Both the position numbers and the translations under genes were made by a program. The notes under the pieces are model-generated. The model saw only the letters and a program-made list of their open reading frames with translations, was not told where the DNA came from and ran no database searches. Shown piece after piece: positions 18,521-30,150 of a DNA stretch of 64,000 nt (positions are counted from its first letter, which is position 1; each line of letters begins with the position of its first letter). The DNA lies in NCBI GenBank assembly GCA_964510385.1, contig CAZECA010000001.1, positions 17,340-81,339 on the forward strand, in the 5' to 3' direction. This stretch comes from an uncultured bacterium. Its GTDB lineage: Bacteria > Fidelibacterota > Marinisomatia > Marinisomatales > TCS55.

Positions 18521-21370
18521 ATGCAGTCAAATAAGATCATTATAAAGGGTGCTCGCCAACACAATCTCAAGAATATTGACCTTGAGATTCCACGGAATAG
18601 ATTAGTGGTAATTACCGGCCTTTCCGGATCGGGGAAATCATCGTTGGCCTTTGATACTATCTATGCGGAAGGTCAACGGCGGTATGTAGAATCTCTTTCA
18701 TCTTATGCTAGACAGTTTTTGGGCCTTATGGAAAAACCTGATATGGATACCATCGAAGGCCTATCCCCAGCTATCTCCATTGAGCAAAAAGCCGCAGCAA
18801 GAAACCCGCGATCGACTGTCGGAACAGTTACCGAAATTCATGATTATTTTCGTCTTCTTTTTGCTCATATTGGCTACCCTCATTGTTGGATATGCCAACG
18901 CCCCATTCAAAAGCAGACAGTTCAACAGATTGTGGATACGGTCTGTAAATTCAATGAAGATAGTAAAATATTTGTACTAGCACCTGTTGTCCGAGGAAGA
19001 AAAGGTCAACATAAGGGTGTATTTGAGGAAATTAAAAAAGAGGGATTCATCCGGGTCCGTGTTGATGGGAAGGTCTATAGCATTGATGAAAAATTGATTC
19101 TGGAAAAGAATAAGAAACATAACATTGAAGTAGTTATAGACCGATTGATTATTGAAGGTGATTATCAGGAACGCCTCACTGAGTCCATCGAACTAGCATT
19201 AAAGATTGGCTCGGGGCTTGTGATAATCCATGAGCTTCCCAACAAGGATCATTTATTCAGCGAACATTTTGCATGTCCTCACTGTGAAGTTTCATTGGAA
19301 GAATTATCTCCCCGCATGTTCTCTTTCAATTCGCCTTATGGCGCATGCCCCCATTGCGATGGGTTAGGTTCTCATATGGAGATTGATCCGGAACTGGTAG
19401 TCCCTGATAAGACCAAGTCATTGATCCAGGGCGCCATGACGCCTTTAGGTGAGCAACCAAGAGGAAACTGGTACGGGAGCATCTTAAAAAGCCTAGCCAA
19501 ACATTTCGACTTCAAATTCACAACTCCATGGATAAAATTGGACGCAAAGATAAGGGAAATGCTTCTATTTGGAACTGGTTCTAAAAAAATGAAAATGACT
19601 TATTCTTCACAGAAATGGACCGGGACATATGAAGGTGGCTGGGAAGGAGCAATACCAAACTTAATGCGCCGTTATAAACAAACCAAATCCGGACATATTC
19701 GCGGTTGGATAGAGCAATTCATGAGTATGCGGCCGTGCCCAGAGTGTGAAGGAGCGCGCCTTCGCTTAGAAAGCCGTTCGGTGTTGATTAATGAAAAGAG
19801 TCTGGGGGATATTGCCTCCATGTCTATCAAAGACGCTCTGGAATTTTTTCAACATATTGAATTGAATGATGTGGAGCACCAAATTGCGGAACAGATATTA
19901 AAAGAAGTAAAAAGTCGTCTCGGGTTTCTGGTGAACGTAGGATTGAGTTATTTAACGCTGGACAGGTCCGCTGCCACACTTTCTGGTGGCGAATCTCAAC
20001 GGATACGGCTGGCCACACAGATCGGCTCCCAGCTTGTGGGAGTTCTGTATATATTAGATGAACCATCCATTGGCCTCCACCCGCGTGATAATGCCCGTTT
20101 GTTGGACACTCTCCAGACATTACGAGACCTGGGGAATACAATACTGGTTGTGGAGCATGATAAGGAAACCATGGAATCGGCTGATCAGGTAGTGGACCTT
20201 GGCCCTGGAGCTGGAGAACATGGTGGTGAAGTGATTTATTCCGGCACACCCAAACAGTTGTTAAAATGCAAGAATTCCATTACAGGTGCCTATTTATCCG
20301 GTAAGCGTTCGATTACAATTCCTAAACAGCGCCGCAACGGTAACGGCTACGCTTTGACCATTACAGGAACAAAAGGTAATAATTTGAAAAAATTAGATGT
20401 GTCATTCCCTCTTGGAAAGCTGGTGGTGGTGACGGGTGTATCCGGGAGCGGTAAAAGCACACTGGTCAATGAAACACTGTTTCCTATTTTACATAAAGAA
20501 TTGAATAATGCACGGGCCTATCCCCTGCCCTATGAAACAGTTAACGGGCTGGAGTATTTGGATAAGGTTGTAGATATAGATCAAAAACCTATCGGCCGAA
20601 CTCCCCGATCCAATCCGGCTACTTATACAGGAGTATTTACATTTATTCGGGATCTTTTTGCCCAGCTGCCGGAATCTAAAATACGGGGATATAAACCGGG
20701 TCGGTTTTCTTTTAATGTTAAAGGCGGCCGGTGTGAGTCCTGCGAAGGAGACGGAATTATTAAGATTGAGATGAATTTTCTACCCGATGTATACGTTACC
20801 TGTGAAGTATGCAAAGGGGCCAGGTACAATCGGGAAACATTGGAGATATTGTATAAAGGAAAAACTATTGCTGATGTGTTAAGCATGTCTGTAGAAGATG
20901 CATTGACGTTTTTTGAAAATATCCCATCGATTAAGAAAAAACTTACCACACTTTATGAAGTAGGCCTTGGTTACATTCGCCTGGGACAACAGGCCACAAC
21001 GTTATCCGGCGGTGAAGCCCAACGAGTTAAGCTAGCGACTGAACTATCCCGGGTTACTCGGGACAGAACCCTATACATATTAGATGAGCCTACAACCGGT
21101 CTCCATTTTGAAGATGTAAAAATGCTTTTAGCAGTTCTCCAGCGATTGGTTGAAAAAGGAAACACGGTTATCGTGATCGAACATAATCTGGATGTGATCA
21201 AATCTGCGGATTGGATAATTGACCTTGGTCCCGAAGGCGGAGACGAAGGTGGAGAATTGGTTTTTTCTGGCACACCGGAAGAATTGGCCAGGCATAAGAT
21301 GTCTTATACTGGATTCTTTCTTAAAAGAACCCTCAACGGCCAAATGAATGGAACAATGAGCAAGACATGA
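18521..21370 (+). CDS. uvrA: Excinuclease ABC subunit A
   Basis: 949 aa; two ABC modules ([10 protein letters not shown] and [12 protein letters not shown]; [10 protein letters not shown] and [12 protein letters not shown]) and CxxC zinc fingers. Confidence 0.99.
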   Translation: MQSNKIIIKGARQHNLKNIDLEIPRNRLVVITGLSGSGKSSLAFDTIYAEGQRRYVESLSSYARQFLGLMEKPDMDTIEGLSPAISIEQKAAARNPRSTVGTVTEIHDYFRLLFAHIGYPHCWICQRPIQKQTVQQIVDTVCKFNEDSKIFVLAPVVRGRKGQHKGVFEEIKKEGFIRVRVDGKVYSIDEKLILEKNKKHNIEVVIDRLIIEGDYQERLTESIELALKIGSGLVIIHELPNKDHLFSEHFACPHCEVSLEELSPRMFSFNSPYGACPHCDGLGSHMEIDPELVVPDKTKSLIQGAMTPLGEQPRGNWYGSILKSLAKHFDFKFTTPWIKLDAKIREMLLFGTGSKKMKMTYSSQKWTGTYEGGWEGAIPNLMRRYKQTKSGHIRGWIEQFMSMRPCPECEGARLRLESRSVLINEKSLGDIASMSIKDALEFFQHIELNDVEHQIAEQILKEVKSRLGFLVNVGLSYLTLDRSAATLSGGESQRIRLATQIGSQLVGVLYILDEPSIGLHPRDNARLLDTLQTLRDLGNTILVVEHDKETMESADQVVDLGPGAGEHGGEVIYSGTPKQLLKCKNSITGAYLSGKRSITIPKQRRNGNGYALTITGTKGNNLKKLDVSFPLGKLVVVTGVSGSGKSTLVNETLFPILHKELNNARAYPLPYETVNGLEYLDKVVDIDQKPIGRTPRSNPATYTGVFTFIRDLFAQLPESKIRGYKPGRFSFNVKGGRCESCEGDGIIKIEMNFLPDVYVTCEVCKGARYNRETLEILYKGKTIADVLSMSVEDALTFFENIPSIKKKLTTLYEVGLGYIRLGQQATTLSGGEAQRVKLATELSRVTRDRTLYILDEPTTGLHFEDVKMLLAVLQRLVEKGNTVIVIEHNLDVIKSADWIIDLGPEGGDEGGELVFSGTPEELARHKMSYTGFFLKRTLNGQMNGTMSKT

Positions 21371-23688
21371 AACACCCTTCAGAATTAAAAAATGTATTTC
21401 ATCATTGGGAGGTTACAAAAGATCTTATAGATCAATGCATCGATATTATGCTGAATCTGCGCCAAAGCGGTCACCCTGGAGGGTCCAGGTCAAAGGTCTA
21501 TGGAATGATCGTAACATTGCTGTCTGGGGCCATGAGGTGGGATATCCGAGAGGCTGGGAAGCGGTTTGCTGATCGATTTGTTTTAGTGGCCGGTCATGCT
21601 AATCCTGTCGTTTACGCAACACTGGCCGTGTTGAATGAAGCAATGCGCATAAAATTTGAACAGACCGGGGACAAAAAATATCAGCACTTCAAAGGTCAAG
21701 ACTTTCAATTGGTTTGGGAAGACCTGTTAACACTCAGGCAGAATGGTGGACTTCCGGGCCATGCTGAGATGGAAGGTAAAACACTATTCTTTAAATTTAA
21801 TACTGGCCCCAGTGGACACGGTTCGCCCGCTGCCGCTGGAGAAGCGCTGGCACTAAAACTGGGCAATGTTCCTGAAGTGAAGGTTTTTGCCTTTGAAGGT
21901 GAGGGAGGACTTTCAACCGGAGCCTCACACGAAACGATTAATTCTGCGTGGGGCTTGGGACTTGATAATCTGGTCTATTTTATAGATTGGAACGATTATG
22001 GCATTGATGATCGTCCTTTCAGTTCAATTATGTATGGTACGCCAGAGGATTGGTTTGGTTCGCACGGTTGGCACGTGGAGGGAACTATGGATGGCGAAGA
22101 TTGGGCATCTTTTACTGAAGCATATCACCGACTTTTAGTAGACAATGCAAAACCTGGCCAGCCAAAAGTAATGTATGCAAAAATGCGAAAAGGACGTGGA
22201 TATTATAAATTTGATAATGCTAGCCACGGAGCCGCTCATAAAAGGAACTCCGAACTCTTTTGGAAAACCAAAATAGAATTCGCTGAAAAATATAACCTTG
22301 AATTTGAGGGAACAGGAAATGATGCTCCAGAAAACTGGGGCGATCAACTGGATCAGGCCCGATCTTTTTTCAGGACTGTCTTTTCAGTTTTGCGGGGAAA
22401 TCAAGAGCTAGTGGATTATTTGACGGAAACATTAATAGAGCTTGGAGAAACCGTACCAGAGAATATTCCCGGGTGCAGAGTTTCTGAATCCTGTCCCGCA
22501 GATGATCCAGACTTGTTCAGTATTAACACGCTCCCGGATGAATTGTTTGTTTCCCCCGGGGAAAAAGCACCTAACCGGGTAGGGTTTTCAAAATATGCCA
22601 GTTATATTAATTCCATATCTGAGGAAAAATATGGTCGGCCTTTAGTTATAGCCATGAGCGCAGATTTGGCTGATTCAACTAACATATCCGGTTTTGCCAA
22701 AGGATGGAACGGAAAGCAAGATCGCGGCCTTTACAATAAAGAATCAAATACGGATAGCCCGCTCATGCCGCAGGGGATCACAGAATTCACCAATTCTGGC
22801 ATGATGGCTGGTCTGGCAACAGTGAATTTTAATGAAGACCCTTATGCGTCATATAATGGCTTTTTTGGCGCAATGAGCACCTACGGATCTTTTAGTTATT
22901 TGAAATACGGCCCTATGCGTTTGTTCAGCCAGATTGCCCAAGATTCTGATTTGAAAGTAGGGAAAATCATATGGGTTGTTGGCCATTCTGGACCGGAAAC
23001 AGCCGAAGATAGCCGCACTCATTTTGGTATCTTTGCTCCCGGAGTAACACAGCTATTCCCCGATGGTCATATTGTAAATATTCACCCCTGGGAACACAAT
23101 GAAGTGGCGCCGGCACTGGCAGGAGCATTCAACACGGACATTCCCATAATCGGACTTCATCTAACCCGACCACCCATAATGATTCCAGATAGAAAGGCGC
23201 TGGGTATAGACAGTCATAAGAATGCTGCAAAGGGAGCTTATTTGATTAAGGATTACGATAAGGACAAGCCAGAAGGAGGAGTTGTTATCGTTCGAGGTAC
23301 CAGCTCCACAAATTCTTTGGTTGAACTACTACCCAGGATCAAGAAAGAAGGCCCGAATGTTAAAATTGTAGCTGCGATTTCGTGGGAGCTGTTTATGTGT
23401 CAGCCGGAATCCTATCGAGATAAAATTATTGGAAAAAAGGAATGGCATGATGCCATGGTTGTCACTAATGGCGGACTAAGACTGATGCATAAGTGGATGG
23501 CTAATAAAATAGTTGAGGAATATTCCCTCTCACCAGATTGGGATAATCGTTGGCGGACAGGTGGCTCCGTAGAACAAATCGTGGAAGAAGCCCATTTGTC
23601 TCCCTCATGGGTATGGGATGGCATAAGCAAATTTGCTGAAGATCAGAAAAAAAGATTAAGAAAAATCAAGGAAGGTTTAGCTGAATAA
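21367..23688 (+). CDS. tkt: Transketolase (long, divergent type)
   Basis: 773 aa; [20 protein letters not shown], ThDP motif EGEGG...DWND, SADLADS, GITEF, EDSRTH. Confidence 0.8.
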   Translation: MKHPSELKNVFHHWEVTKDLIDQCIDIMLNLRQSGHPGGSRSKVYGMIVTLLSGAMRWDIREAGKRFADRFVLVAGHANPVVYATLAVLNEAMRIKFEQTGDKKYQHFKGQDFQLVWEDLLTLRQNGGLPGHAEMEGKTLFFKFNTGPSGHGSPAAAGEALALKLGNVPEVKVFAFEGEGGLSTGASHETINSAWGLGLDNLVYFIDWNDYGIDDRPFSSIMYGTPEDWFGSHGWHVEGTMDGEDWASFTEAYHRLLVDNAKPGQPKVMYAKMRKGRGYYKFDNASHGAAHKRNSELFWKTKIEFAEKYNLEFEGTGNDAPENWGDQLDQARSFFRTVFSVLRGNQELVDYLTETLIELGETVPENIPGCRVSESCPADDPDLFSINTLPDELFVSPGEKAPNRVGFSKYASYINSISEEKYGRPLVIAMSADLADSTNISGFAKGWNGKQDRGLYNKESNTDSPLMPQGITEFTNSGMMAGLATVNFNEDPYASYNGFFGAMSTYGSFSYLKYGPMRLFSQIAQDSDLKVGKIIWVVGHSGPETAEDSRTHFGIFAPGVTQLFPDGHIVNIHPWEHNEVAPALAGAFNTDIPIIGLHLTRPPIMIPDRKALGIDSHKNAAKGAYLIKDYDKDKPEGGVVIVRGTSSTNSLVELLPRIKKEGPNVKIVAAISWELFMCQPESYRDKIIGKKEWHDAMVVTNGGLRLMHKWMANKIVEEYSLSPDWDNRWRTGGSVEQIVEEAHLSPSWVWDGISKFAEDQKKRLRKIKEGLAE

Positions 23689-23699
23689 TATCTCAAAAT

Positions 23700-23729
23700 T
23701 TGACGACCCCTACCTCATTTTAGTATCTT
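23700..23729 (+). promoter_or_regulatory. Putative sigma70 promoter for the ruvB operon
   Basis: TTGACG (23700-23705), 18-nt spacer, TATCTT (23724-23729), 43 nt upstream of the ruvB ATG. Confidence 0.45.
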
Positions 23730-23772
23730 CCGGGGTTTTAAAAGGATGATTTACACAAGTTAACTCATATTT

Positions 23773-24798
23773 ATGACTGAAATACACATAACGGACCCCA
23801 CGCCTCAAGAAGAAGATATCATAGTTGAGAAGTCCCTCCGTCCAGAAAAATTTGACGAATTCATTGGACAAAAAGAAGTGGTGGACAGTTTAAAACTATA
23901 TATTGAAGCAACAAACCAACGAAAGGAATCCTTGGATCATGTTCTGCTGTTTGGCCCTCCCGGATTAGGAAAAACAACTTTGGCCAATATTATTTCCAAA
24001 GAATTGAGTGTAAATCTGCAGCAAACATCGGGACCAGTTTTAGAACGAGCTGGTGACCTTGCTGGTGTATTAACCAACCTTCAGGGTCGTGATGTTTTCT
24101 TTATTGATGAGATTCACCGTTTGAATTCTGTTGTGGAAGAATATCTGTATTCGGCGATGGAGGATTACCGGATCGAAATCATGATCGATAAAGGCCCAAG
24201 CGCAAGGAGCGTGCAGCTAAATGTTGAGCCTTTTACGCTAATCGGGGCCACAACACGTCTTGGCAATTTGACATCACCATTACGGGATAGGTTTGGCGTA
24301 GTGTTGCGGGTAGATTTTTATAATATTAAGGATTTGTCGAACATTATCCATCGTTCTGCACAAATCCTTGAAGTAGAAATTGATGAGAGTGGAATCGATG
24401 AGTTGGCCCGAAGGAGCAGGGGAACCCCCAGGATTGCTAATCGGATCTTGCGTCGCGCACGGGACTATGCTGAAGTAAAAGCCAATGGCAAGATCAATAA
24501 AAATGTTGCCCAGCAAGCCCTGGACGGCATGGGCATCGATATCCATGGGCTGGATGATATGGACCGCCGGATATTGGAAGCCCTTATTGATCAATTTAAG
24601 GGTGGGCCGGTTGGCGTGAACTCGCTTTCTGTTGCTGTCAGTGAAGATTCAACGACAATAGAGGATGTATATGAGCCATATCTTATAAAGGAAGGTTTTA
24701 TTCAGCGAACATCACGCGGAAGAATTGCTCAGGAAAAAGCTTTTAAACTATTAGATAAACCATTTAACGAGGAAATACAACAAAGGTTATTTAAATGA
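23773..24798 (+). CDS. ruvB: Holliday junction helicase RuvB
   Basis: [53 protein letters not shown]. Confidence 0.99.
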   Translation: MTEIHITDPTPQEEDIIVEKSLRPEKFDEFIGQKEVVDSLKLYIEATNQRKESLDHVLLFGPPGLGKTTLANIISKELSVNLQQTSGPVLERAGDLAGVLTNLQGRDVFFIDEIHRLNSVVEEYLYSAMEDYRIEIMIDKGPSARSVQLNVEPFTLIGATTRLGNLTSPLRDRFGVVLRVDFYNIKDLSNIIHRSAQILEVEIDESGIDELARRSRGTPRIANRILRRARDYAEVKANGKINKNVAQQALDGMGIDIHGLDDMDRRILEALIDQFKGGPVGVNSLSVAVSEDSTTIEDVYEPYLIKEGFIQRTSRGRIAQEKAFKLLDKPFNEEIQQRLFK

Positions 24799-25847
24799 TA
24801 AATAAGAAAAAAAAATATAAACTAGTTGATTTTGACTACTCATTACCGGAAAAATATATTGCCCAGTACCCCGCAAAGCGTCGTGATCTTTCTAAGCTCA
24901 TGGTTGTGGATAAGGAAACGGGTGAAATAGAGCATAAAACATTTTCGAATATTGTGGAATATTTTAGGAAAAATGACCTGATCATTATGAACAATACCAA
25001 AGTGTTCCCAGCTAGGCTTTATGCCAGTAAGGATAAAACAGAAGCAAAAGTTGAGGTGTTTCTTCTCCGCGAGCTGGAAAATGAGCTCTGGGAGGTAATG
25101 GTTCGTCCGGCACGGAAAGTGCGTATTGGGAATAAGCTCATGTTTGCAAAAAATGTTTTTTGTGATGTAATAGATAATACTATCTCTGGAGGCCGCGTGG
25201 TTCGTTTTGAATACGAGGGAGATAATTTCTATGAAATTATTGATAGGATTGGCACATCTCCCCTCCCTCCATATATAAAACGACCTGCGGAGGCTAAAGA
25301 TAAAGTTCGATATCAAACAGTCTATGCGGATCAGCGGGGTGCTGTAGCTGCCCCAACTGCCGGACTTCATTTTACCGAAGGGTTATTAAAGCGACTCAAA
25401 AATAAAGGAGTGAAGGTAGAGTATACCACTCTTCATATTGGCTTGGGGACCTTTCGTCCAGTGCAGGTTGAGGATTTGAACCGCCATCAAATGGATTCAG
25501 AATATTTTGAAGTAAATCCAAAGACTGCGTTGTCAATCAACGAGACGAAAAAGAAACGACGGAAGATTTATGCTGTCGGGACATCCACCGTGCGCGGATT
25601 AGAAACAGTTGCTGTTTCCGGTTTTCAGGTTTCTCCTAAGCGTGGCTGGACTGATAAATTTATATATCCACCATATAATTTCAAAATGGTGGACGGGATT
25701 ATAACCAATTTTCACCAACCGAAAAGTACATTGCTTATGATGATTTCTGCGTTTTCGGAAAGAGACCTTATTATGAAGGCCTACCGGGAAGCAAAAAAGA
25801 ACAATTATCGTTTTTTGAGTTACGGCGATGCCATGTTAATCAAATAA
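24795..25847 (+). CDS. queA: S-adenosylmethionine:tRNA ribosyltransferase-isomerase
   Basis: [61 protein letters not shown]. Confidence 0.98.
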   Translation: MINKKKKYKLVDFDYSLPEKYIAQYPAKRRDLSKLMVVDKETGEIEHKTFSNIVEYFRKNDLIIMNNTKVFPARLYASKDKTEAKVEVFLLRELENELWEVMVRPARKVRIGNKLMFAKNVFCDVIDNTISGGRVVRFEYEGDNFYEIIDRIGTSPLPPYIKRPAEAKDKVRYQTVYADQRGAVAAPTAGLHFTEGLLKRLKNKGVKVEYTTLHIGLGTFRPVQVEDLNRHQMDSEYFEVNPKTALSINETKKKRRKIYAVGTSTVRGLETVAVSGFQVSPKRGWTDKFIYPPYNFKMVDGIITNFHQPKSTLLMMISAFSERDLIMKAYREAKKNNYRFLSYGDAMLIK

Positions 25848-26515
25848 TGTCTAACAGTTTTAAAGTTGGGGCGGTTATCGCTGCGGCCGGGCTCGGTAAC
25901 CGTTTTGGAGATAAAAAACAGTTCAAAAAACTGGGCCAACGACCCCTCCTCTTTCACACATTAACACCCTTTTTAGAATGTACAGATATTGATGAGATTG
26001 TGGTTGCGGTTCCGGAAGAAAACCTAGGGGAAACCCAAAGAGAGCTATCGTCATTTACATCAGCAAAACCTGTAAAAACAATTGCTGGTGGTCTACGTCG
26101 ACAGGATTCCGTTTTGAATGGATGTCATGCTTTATCTGATGACGTGACCATTATAGTTGTTCATGATGCTGCCCGCCCTTTTGTTTCGGCGGCTTTGATC
26201 ACAGACACCATAAATGGATGTGACGAATCAGATGGCTGCATTGCTGCCCTGCCTGCAAAAGATACTGTTAAACAAGTAATGGGAGAAAAAATCCATAAAA
26301 CATTGGACCGTGAAAGGATTTGGATGGCCCAGACGCCCCAAACATTTAAAAAAGAAATATTGATTGAGGCGCTTCAGCTAAAAATTGAAGCCACCGATGA
26401 GGCGTCCATGGTAGAGGAAATAGGCGGTCAAGTTTCAGTTATTAATGGCTCAACATCTAATTTCAAGATCACTACAATAGAGGATTGGTCCTTAGCAGAG
26501 AGCTTGATTAATTAA
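25847..26515 (+). CDS. ispD: 2-C-methyl-D-erythritol 4-phosphate cytidylyltransferase
   Basis: AAAGLGNR, GGLRRQDSV, VHDAARP, QTPQTF, TDEAS, NFKITTIED. Confidence 0.96.
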   Translation: MSNSFKVGAVIAAAGLGNRFGDKKQFKKLGQRPLLFHTLTPFLECTDIDEIVVAVPEENLGETQRELSSFTSAKPVKTIAGGLRRQDSVLNGCHALSDDVTIIVVHDAARPFVSAALITDTINGCDESDGCIAALPAKDTVKQVMGEKIHKTLDRERIWMAQTPQTFKKEILIEALQLKIEATDEASMVEEIGGQVSVINGSTSNFKITTIEDWSLAESLIN

Positions 26516-26517
26516 TA

Positions 26518-26991
26518 ATGATAAAATCAGGCATAGGTTACGATGTCCACCCTCTGGCTGAAGGTGAAAAACTCATCATTGGTGGAGTAAAGATCGAAAG
26601 CCCCGTAGGATCTGTGGGCCATTCAGATGGAGACGTGCTGCTTCACGCAATCGTAGATGCGCTGCTTGGTGCGGCAAACCTTGGTGATATTGGGAAGCAT
26701 TTTCCTAGCTCCGATGATCAATGGAAAGGAAAAGAAAGCTTACATTTCCTGGAACATGCCACTATGCTTGTAAGACAAGAGGGGTTTGAAATTGATAATA
26801 TTGACAGTACGGTTATTCTGGAGGAACCAAAGCTAGCGGATATTATTCATGAAATGATTTATAAGATTTCCTGCGCGCTTCAAATAGACAAATCCGCCGT
26901 TTCTGTCAAAGCTACTACAACAGACAAAATGGGATTTATCGGTAGGGGTGAAGGTGTAGGCGCGGTGGCAGTAGCTACTATTTCAAAATAA
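26518..26991 (+). CDS. ispF: 2-C-methyl-D-erythritol 2,4-cyclodiphosphate synthase
   Basis: GIGYDVH, GHSDGDVLLHA, GDIGKHF, VKATTTDKMGFIGRGEG. Confidence 0.97.
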   Translation: MIKSGIGYDVHPLAEGEKLIIGGVKIESPVGSVGHSDGDVLLHAIVDALLGAANLGDIGKHFPSSDDQWKGKESLHFLEHATMLVRQEGFEIDNIDSTVILEEPKLADIIHEMIYKISCALQIDKSAVSVKATTTDKMGFIGRGEGVGAVAVATISK

Positions 26992-27827
26992 TGATTTATA
27001 AATCCCATGCCAAAGTGAATATTGGCCTTCAAATTATTGGTGATCGTGATGATGGCTACCATAATATTCACACTATTTTTCAAGAGCTGAATTTTCATGA
27101 TACCGTTCACCTGTCCAAAAAAGATCATGGATGTGTACTGACATCGAATAATAAAAATTTTCCTACTGATGAATCAAATACATGTTTAAAAGCAATGGCT
27201 ATTGTAAAAGAGAATTTTAAACATTTGGGAGGCGTCTCGATTCATGTGGAAAAAAACATTCCTCAAGGAGCTGGTCTTGGGGGCGGTTCCAGTAATGCTG
27301 CTGCGGTTATCCAGGGGGTGAACGAATTATATGCCTGCAATTTTTCGGATGAAGAAATGAAAGATATGGCCAAGGCGGTTGGTGCAGACGTTCCTTTTTT
27401 TCTCAAAGGAGGCACCCAGCTTGGTGAAGGAATTGGTGAGCAATTGACCCCTATTGATTACAAAAATCCCCATACATTTTTGTTGGTTATTCCTCCAATT
27501 TCAATCTCTACATCTTGGGCATATATGTCCCTGAAAAAACCTTTGGAGGGCAGGCCTGAAAAAGCTAATTTTCCCGATCTTTTCAGAAGGGATCCAATCC
27601 CTTTTGAGTTTTTTAAGAATGATTTTGAACGGATCGTAATTCCAGCACATCCAGAGATTGGTGTTATTAAAGACTCTTTATTGAGAATAGGAGCTAAATA
27701 TGCCAGTCTGTCGGGCAGTGGTTCGACTGTGTTCGGAATGTTTGACAAAGACACTACCGCAAAGGAAGCCGAGTCTATATTATCGTCCGACTACCGAACC
27801 ATCCTGACTGCTCCCATTCAACGCTGA
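26991..27827 (+). CDS. ispE: 4-diphosphocytidyl-2-C-methyl-D-erythritol kinase
   Basis: AKVNIGL, GYHNI, KNIPQGAGLGGGSSNAA, GADVPFF, LSGSGSTVF. Confidence 0.96.
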   Translation: MIYKSHAKVNIGLQIIGDRDDGYHNIHTIFQELNFHDTVHLSKKDHGCVLTSNNKNFPTDESNTCLKAMAIVKENFKHLGGVSIHVEKNIPQGAGLGGGSSNAAAVIQGVNELYACNFSDEEMKDMAKAVGADVPFFLKGGTQLGEGIGEQLTPIDYKNPHTFLLVIPPISISTSWAYMSLKKPLEGRPEKANFPDLFRRDPIPFEFFKNDFERIVIPAHPEIGVIKDSLLRIGAKYASLSGSGSTVFGMFDKDTTAKEAESILSSDYRTILTAPIQR

Positions 27828-27847
27828 AATTATATCTAAAGAACCCT

Positions 27848-27918
27848 TGGGGCGTCGTCTAATGGCAGGACACCTGGTTTTGGTCCAGGCAGTTGGGGTT
27901 CGAATCCCTGCGCCCCAG
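27848..27918 (+). tRNA. tRNA-Gln (anticodon UUG)
   Basis: Acceptor stem TGGGGCG/CGCCCCA, D arm GTCTAATGGCAGGAC, anticodon arm CCTGG-TTTTGGT-CCAGG, T loop GTTCGAATCC; U1-A72 pair; CCA not encoded; classic ispE-tRNAGln-prs position. Confidence 0.97.
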
Positions 27919-27922
27919 CACA

Positions 27923-28870
27923 ATGAGTGAAGAAGCAATAAAGTTATTTGCCGGTCGTAGCAATCCGGAGCTTGGTCAAAAGATCGCGGATCATCTTGAC
28001 GTCCCTCTGGGACAATTGAATATTAAGGACTTCGCTGATGGTGAGATTTGGATCAAGTTTGAAGAAAACATTCGAGGTAGTAATGTTTTTATTGTCCAAA
28101 GCACCAATGGTGCCGCGAAAAATATTCTTGAACTGGTCTTAATTATTGATGCAGCGGTTCGGGCCTCAGCAAAAAGTGTTACAGCTGTAATCCCCTATTT
28201 TGGTTACGCCCGCCAAGATAGAAAAGACACTCCTCGAGTACCCATTTCAGCTCGGGTAATGGTGGATATGTTCACAGCTGCAGGAACGGATAGAATTGTT
28301 ACAATGGATCTTCATTCAACGCAGATTCAAGGGTTTACCAATATCCCTTTTGATCATCTTTATAGCCGCATGGTATTATTGGATGAGATCAAGGCATTGG
28401 GATTAGAACCCAGTAGCTCTGTGGTTCTATCACCCGATGTGGGGTCAGCCCGCATGAGTCAGGCGTACGCTAAATATCTTGGAATGCATTTTGCATTAAT
28501 TGATAAACGTAGGTATGCGCCAAACAAGGCTGAGGTTATGCATTTGATTGGAGATTTGGACGGGAAAGATGTTTTAATCATTGATGATATGATAGATACT
28601 GCAGGGACAACCGTAAACGCTGCAAATGCGGCAAAAGAAAATGGGGCAAATTCAGTTACAGCAATTGGAACACATGCTTTATTATCCGGTCCAGCAATTG
28701 ACCGGATCAGAGATTCCTATATCAGCCAGATAGTTGTCACCGATACTGTAAATATTGCCGAAGAAAAGATTTTAGAAAATATGAAAATAGTAACAGTATC
28801 TAACGTTTTCGCTGAAGCGATATCGCGAATTCATAATAGTGAATCTGTTAGCTCACTGTTCGAATTTTAA
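27923..28870 (+). CDS. prs: Ribose-phosphate pyrophosphokinase
   Basis: FADGEI, PYFGYARQDRK, DLHSTQIQGF, SPDVG, DDMIDTAGT. The ORF-track start 27893 lies inside the tRNA, so ATG 27923 (MSEEAIKLF) is used. Confidence 0.96.
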   Translation: MSEEAIKLFAGRSNPELGQKIADHLDVPLGQLNIKDFADGEIWIKFEENIRGSNVFIVQSTNGAAKNILELVLIIDAAVRASAKSVTAVIPYFGYARQDRKDTPRVPISARVMVDMFTAAGTDRIVTMDLHSTQIQGFTNIPFDHLYSRMVLLDEIKALGLEPSSSVVLSPDVGSARMSQAYAKYLGMHFALIDKRRYAPNKAEVMHLIGDLDGKDVLIIDDMIDTAGTTVNAANAAKENGANSVTAIGTHALLSGPAIDRIRDSYISQIVVTDTVNIAEEKILENMKIVTVSNVFAEAISRIHNSESVSSLFEF

Positions 28871-28882
28871 CGGAGATAAATC

Positions 28883-29581
28883 ATGGCAGATTATTATCAG
28901 CTAGTAGTAGAAAAAAGGGACAGTTTTGGGCGTGGAGCCAATCGTGCGCTACGAAGAAATGGGAAAATCCCCGCAAACTATTATTATAAAGATACGGGAA
29001 ATATAAACTTGATACTGGATTCAAAGAACCTCTATCATGCTCTCCATTCAGGGCAGCACATCTTTGAAGTGGATCTTGAGGGTGAAACACAATATGTGAT
29101 GATTAAGGAGATTCAATATCACCCCGTGAATGAAAGTGTTATTCATGTAGACATTATGCGCGTTCGCCGCGATGTGAAAATGACAATTTCAGTGCCTATT
29201 CATTTAGAAGGAGAAGCTGTGGGAGTGACAGAAGGAGGAGTGCTTTCACAAATTCTAACTTCACTAGATATTGAATGTTTGCCCACTGATGTTCCCGAAT
29301 TTATACCGATTGACGTAACCGATTTAGAAATGAACAGCAGTGTTTCTGTAGCCGATATTAATGTAAGCGGTGACGTTGCTATTATAACTGATGAGGAACA
29401 AGTTGTTGCAACGATTGCACCTCCGAAGGAAGAAGAAGAACCTGAGGTTGAAGTTGATGAAGAGGAAGGTGAAGAAGGTGAAGAAGAAGGCGAAGCCACT
29501 CATGATGGAGAAGAAAAAGAAGCCTCAGCTGATGAAGCAAGCGAAAAAGGCGGCGACAAAAATGAAGAAAGTGCTGAATAA
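28883..29581 (+). CDS. rplY: 50S ribosomal protein L25/Ctc (long form, acidic tail)
   Basis: GRGANRALRRNGKIPANYY, IQYHPV, HVD, ECLPTDVPEFI. Confidence 0.96.
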   Translation: MADYYQLVVEKRDSFGRGANRALRRNGKIPANYYYKDTGNINLILDSKNLYHALHSGQHIFEVDLEGETQYVMIKEIQYHPVNESVIHVDIMRVRRDVKMTISVPIHLEGEAVGVTEGGVLSQILTSLDIECLPTDVPEFIPIDVTDLEMNSSVSVADINVSGDVAIITDEEQVVATIAPPKEEEEPEVEVDEEEGEEGEEEGEATHDGEEKEASADEASEKGGDKNEESAE

Positions 29582-29583
29582 TT

Positions 29584-30138
29584 ATGAAAGCACTTGTTGG
29601 CTTGGGTAACCCTGGATCGGAATATGCTGAAACAAAACATAATGCTGGTTTCTGGGTTTTGGATGAATTGGCCAGACGCTGGTCACTTCAGTTTCGGCCC
29701 GGACAAGGGTCCTTTGTGTTTGCTGATTCTGAAGACAGGGATGTCATAATGGTGAAACCCACCACAGGAATGAACGCCAGCGGAGTTGCAGTAAAGTCAA
29801 TAGTACAGGATTATAAAATAGCAATTCATGACCTTCATGTGATAGTGGATGACGTGGATCTTCCTTTGGGCTCTATGCGATTACGTCCCAAAGGAGGGGA
29901 CGGATGTCATCGCGGAATGGAATCGGTGATTTACCATCTAGGCCACACAGGATTTCCTCGATTCCGGTTTGGTGTTGCCGCGGCTGATCATAGGAGACCG
30001 GCTGAAGAATATGTGCTTAAGTCATTTAAAAAAAATGATAAACACGACGCTAATGATATGACTCAGACCATTGCAGATGCAGTAGAATATTATATGTTGC
30101 ATGGCATGGACAAAACAATGAATAAATACAATTCATAA
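29584..30138 (+). CDS. pth: Peptidyl-tRNA hydrolase
   Basis: VGLGNPG, TKHNAGF, KPTTGMNASG, DDVDL, GHTGFPRFRFGV. Confidence 0.96.
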   Translation: MKALVGLGNPGSEYAETKHNAGFWVLDELARRWSLQFRPGQGSFVFADSEDRDVIMVKPTTGMNASGVAVKSIVQDYKIAIHDLHVIVDDVDLPLGSMRLRPKGGDGCHRGMESVIYHLGHTGFPRFRFGVAAADHRRPAEEYVLKSFKKNDKHDANDMTQTIADAVEYYMLHGMDKTMNKYNS

Positions 30139-30150
30139 GGAATTATATAT

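Noticed and set aside
24843-25370. 175-aa minus-strand ORF and the other short ORFs nested in or antisense to assigned genes
   Set aside because: They lie within well-supported genes and show no motifs
27893-27922. N-terminal extension of prs in the ORF track (MGFESLRPST)
   Set aside because: It lies inside the tRNA-Gln T arm and acceptor stem, so it is not a credible coding start
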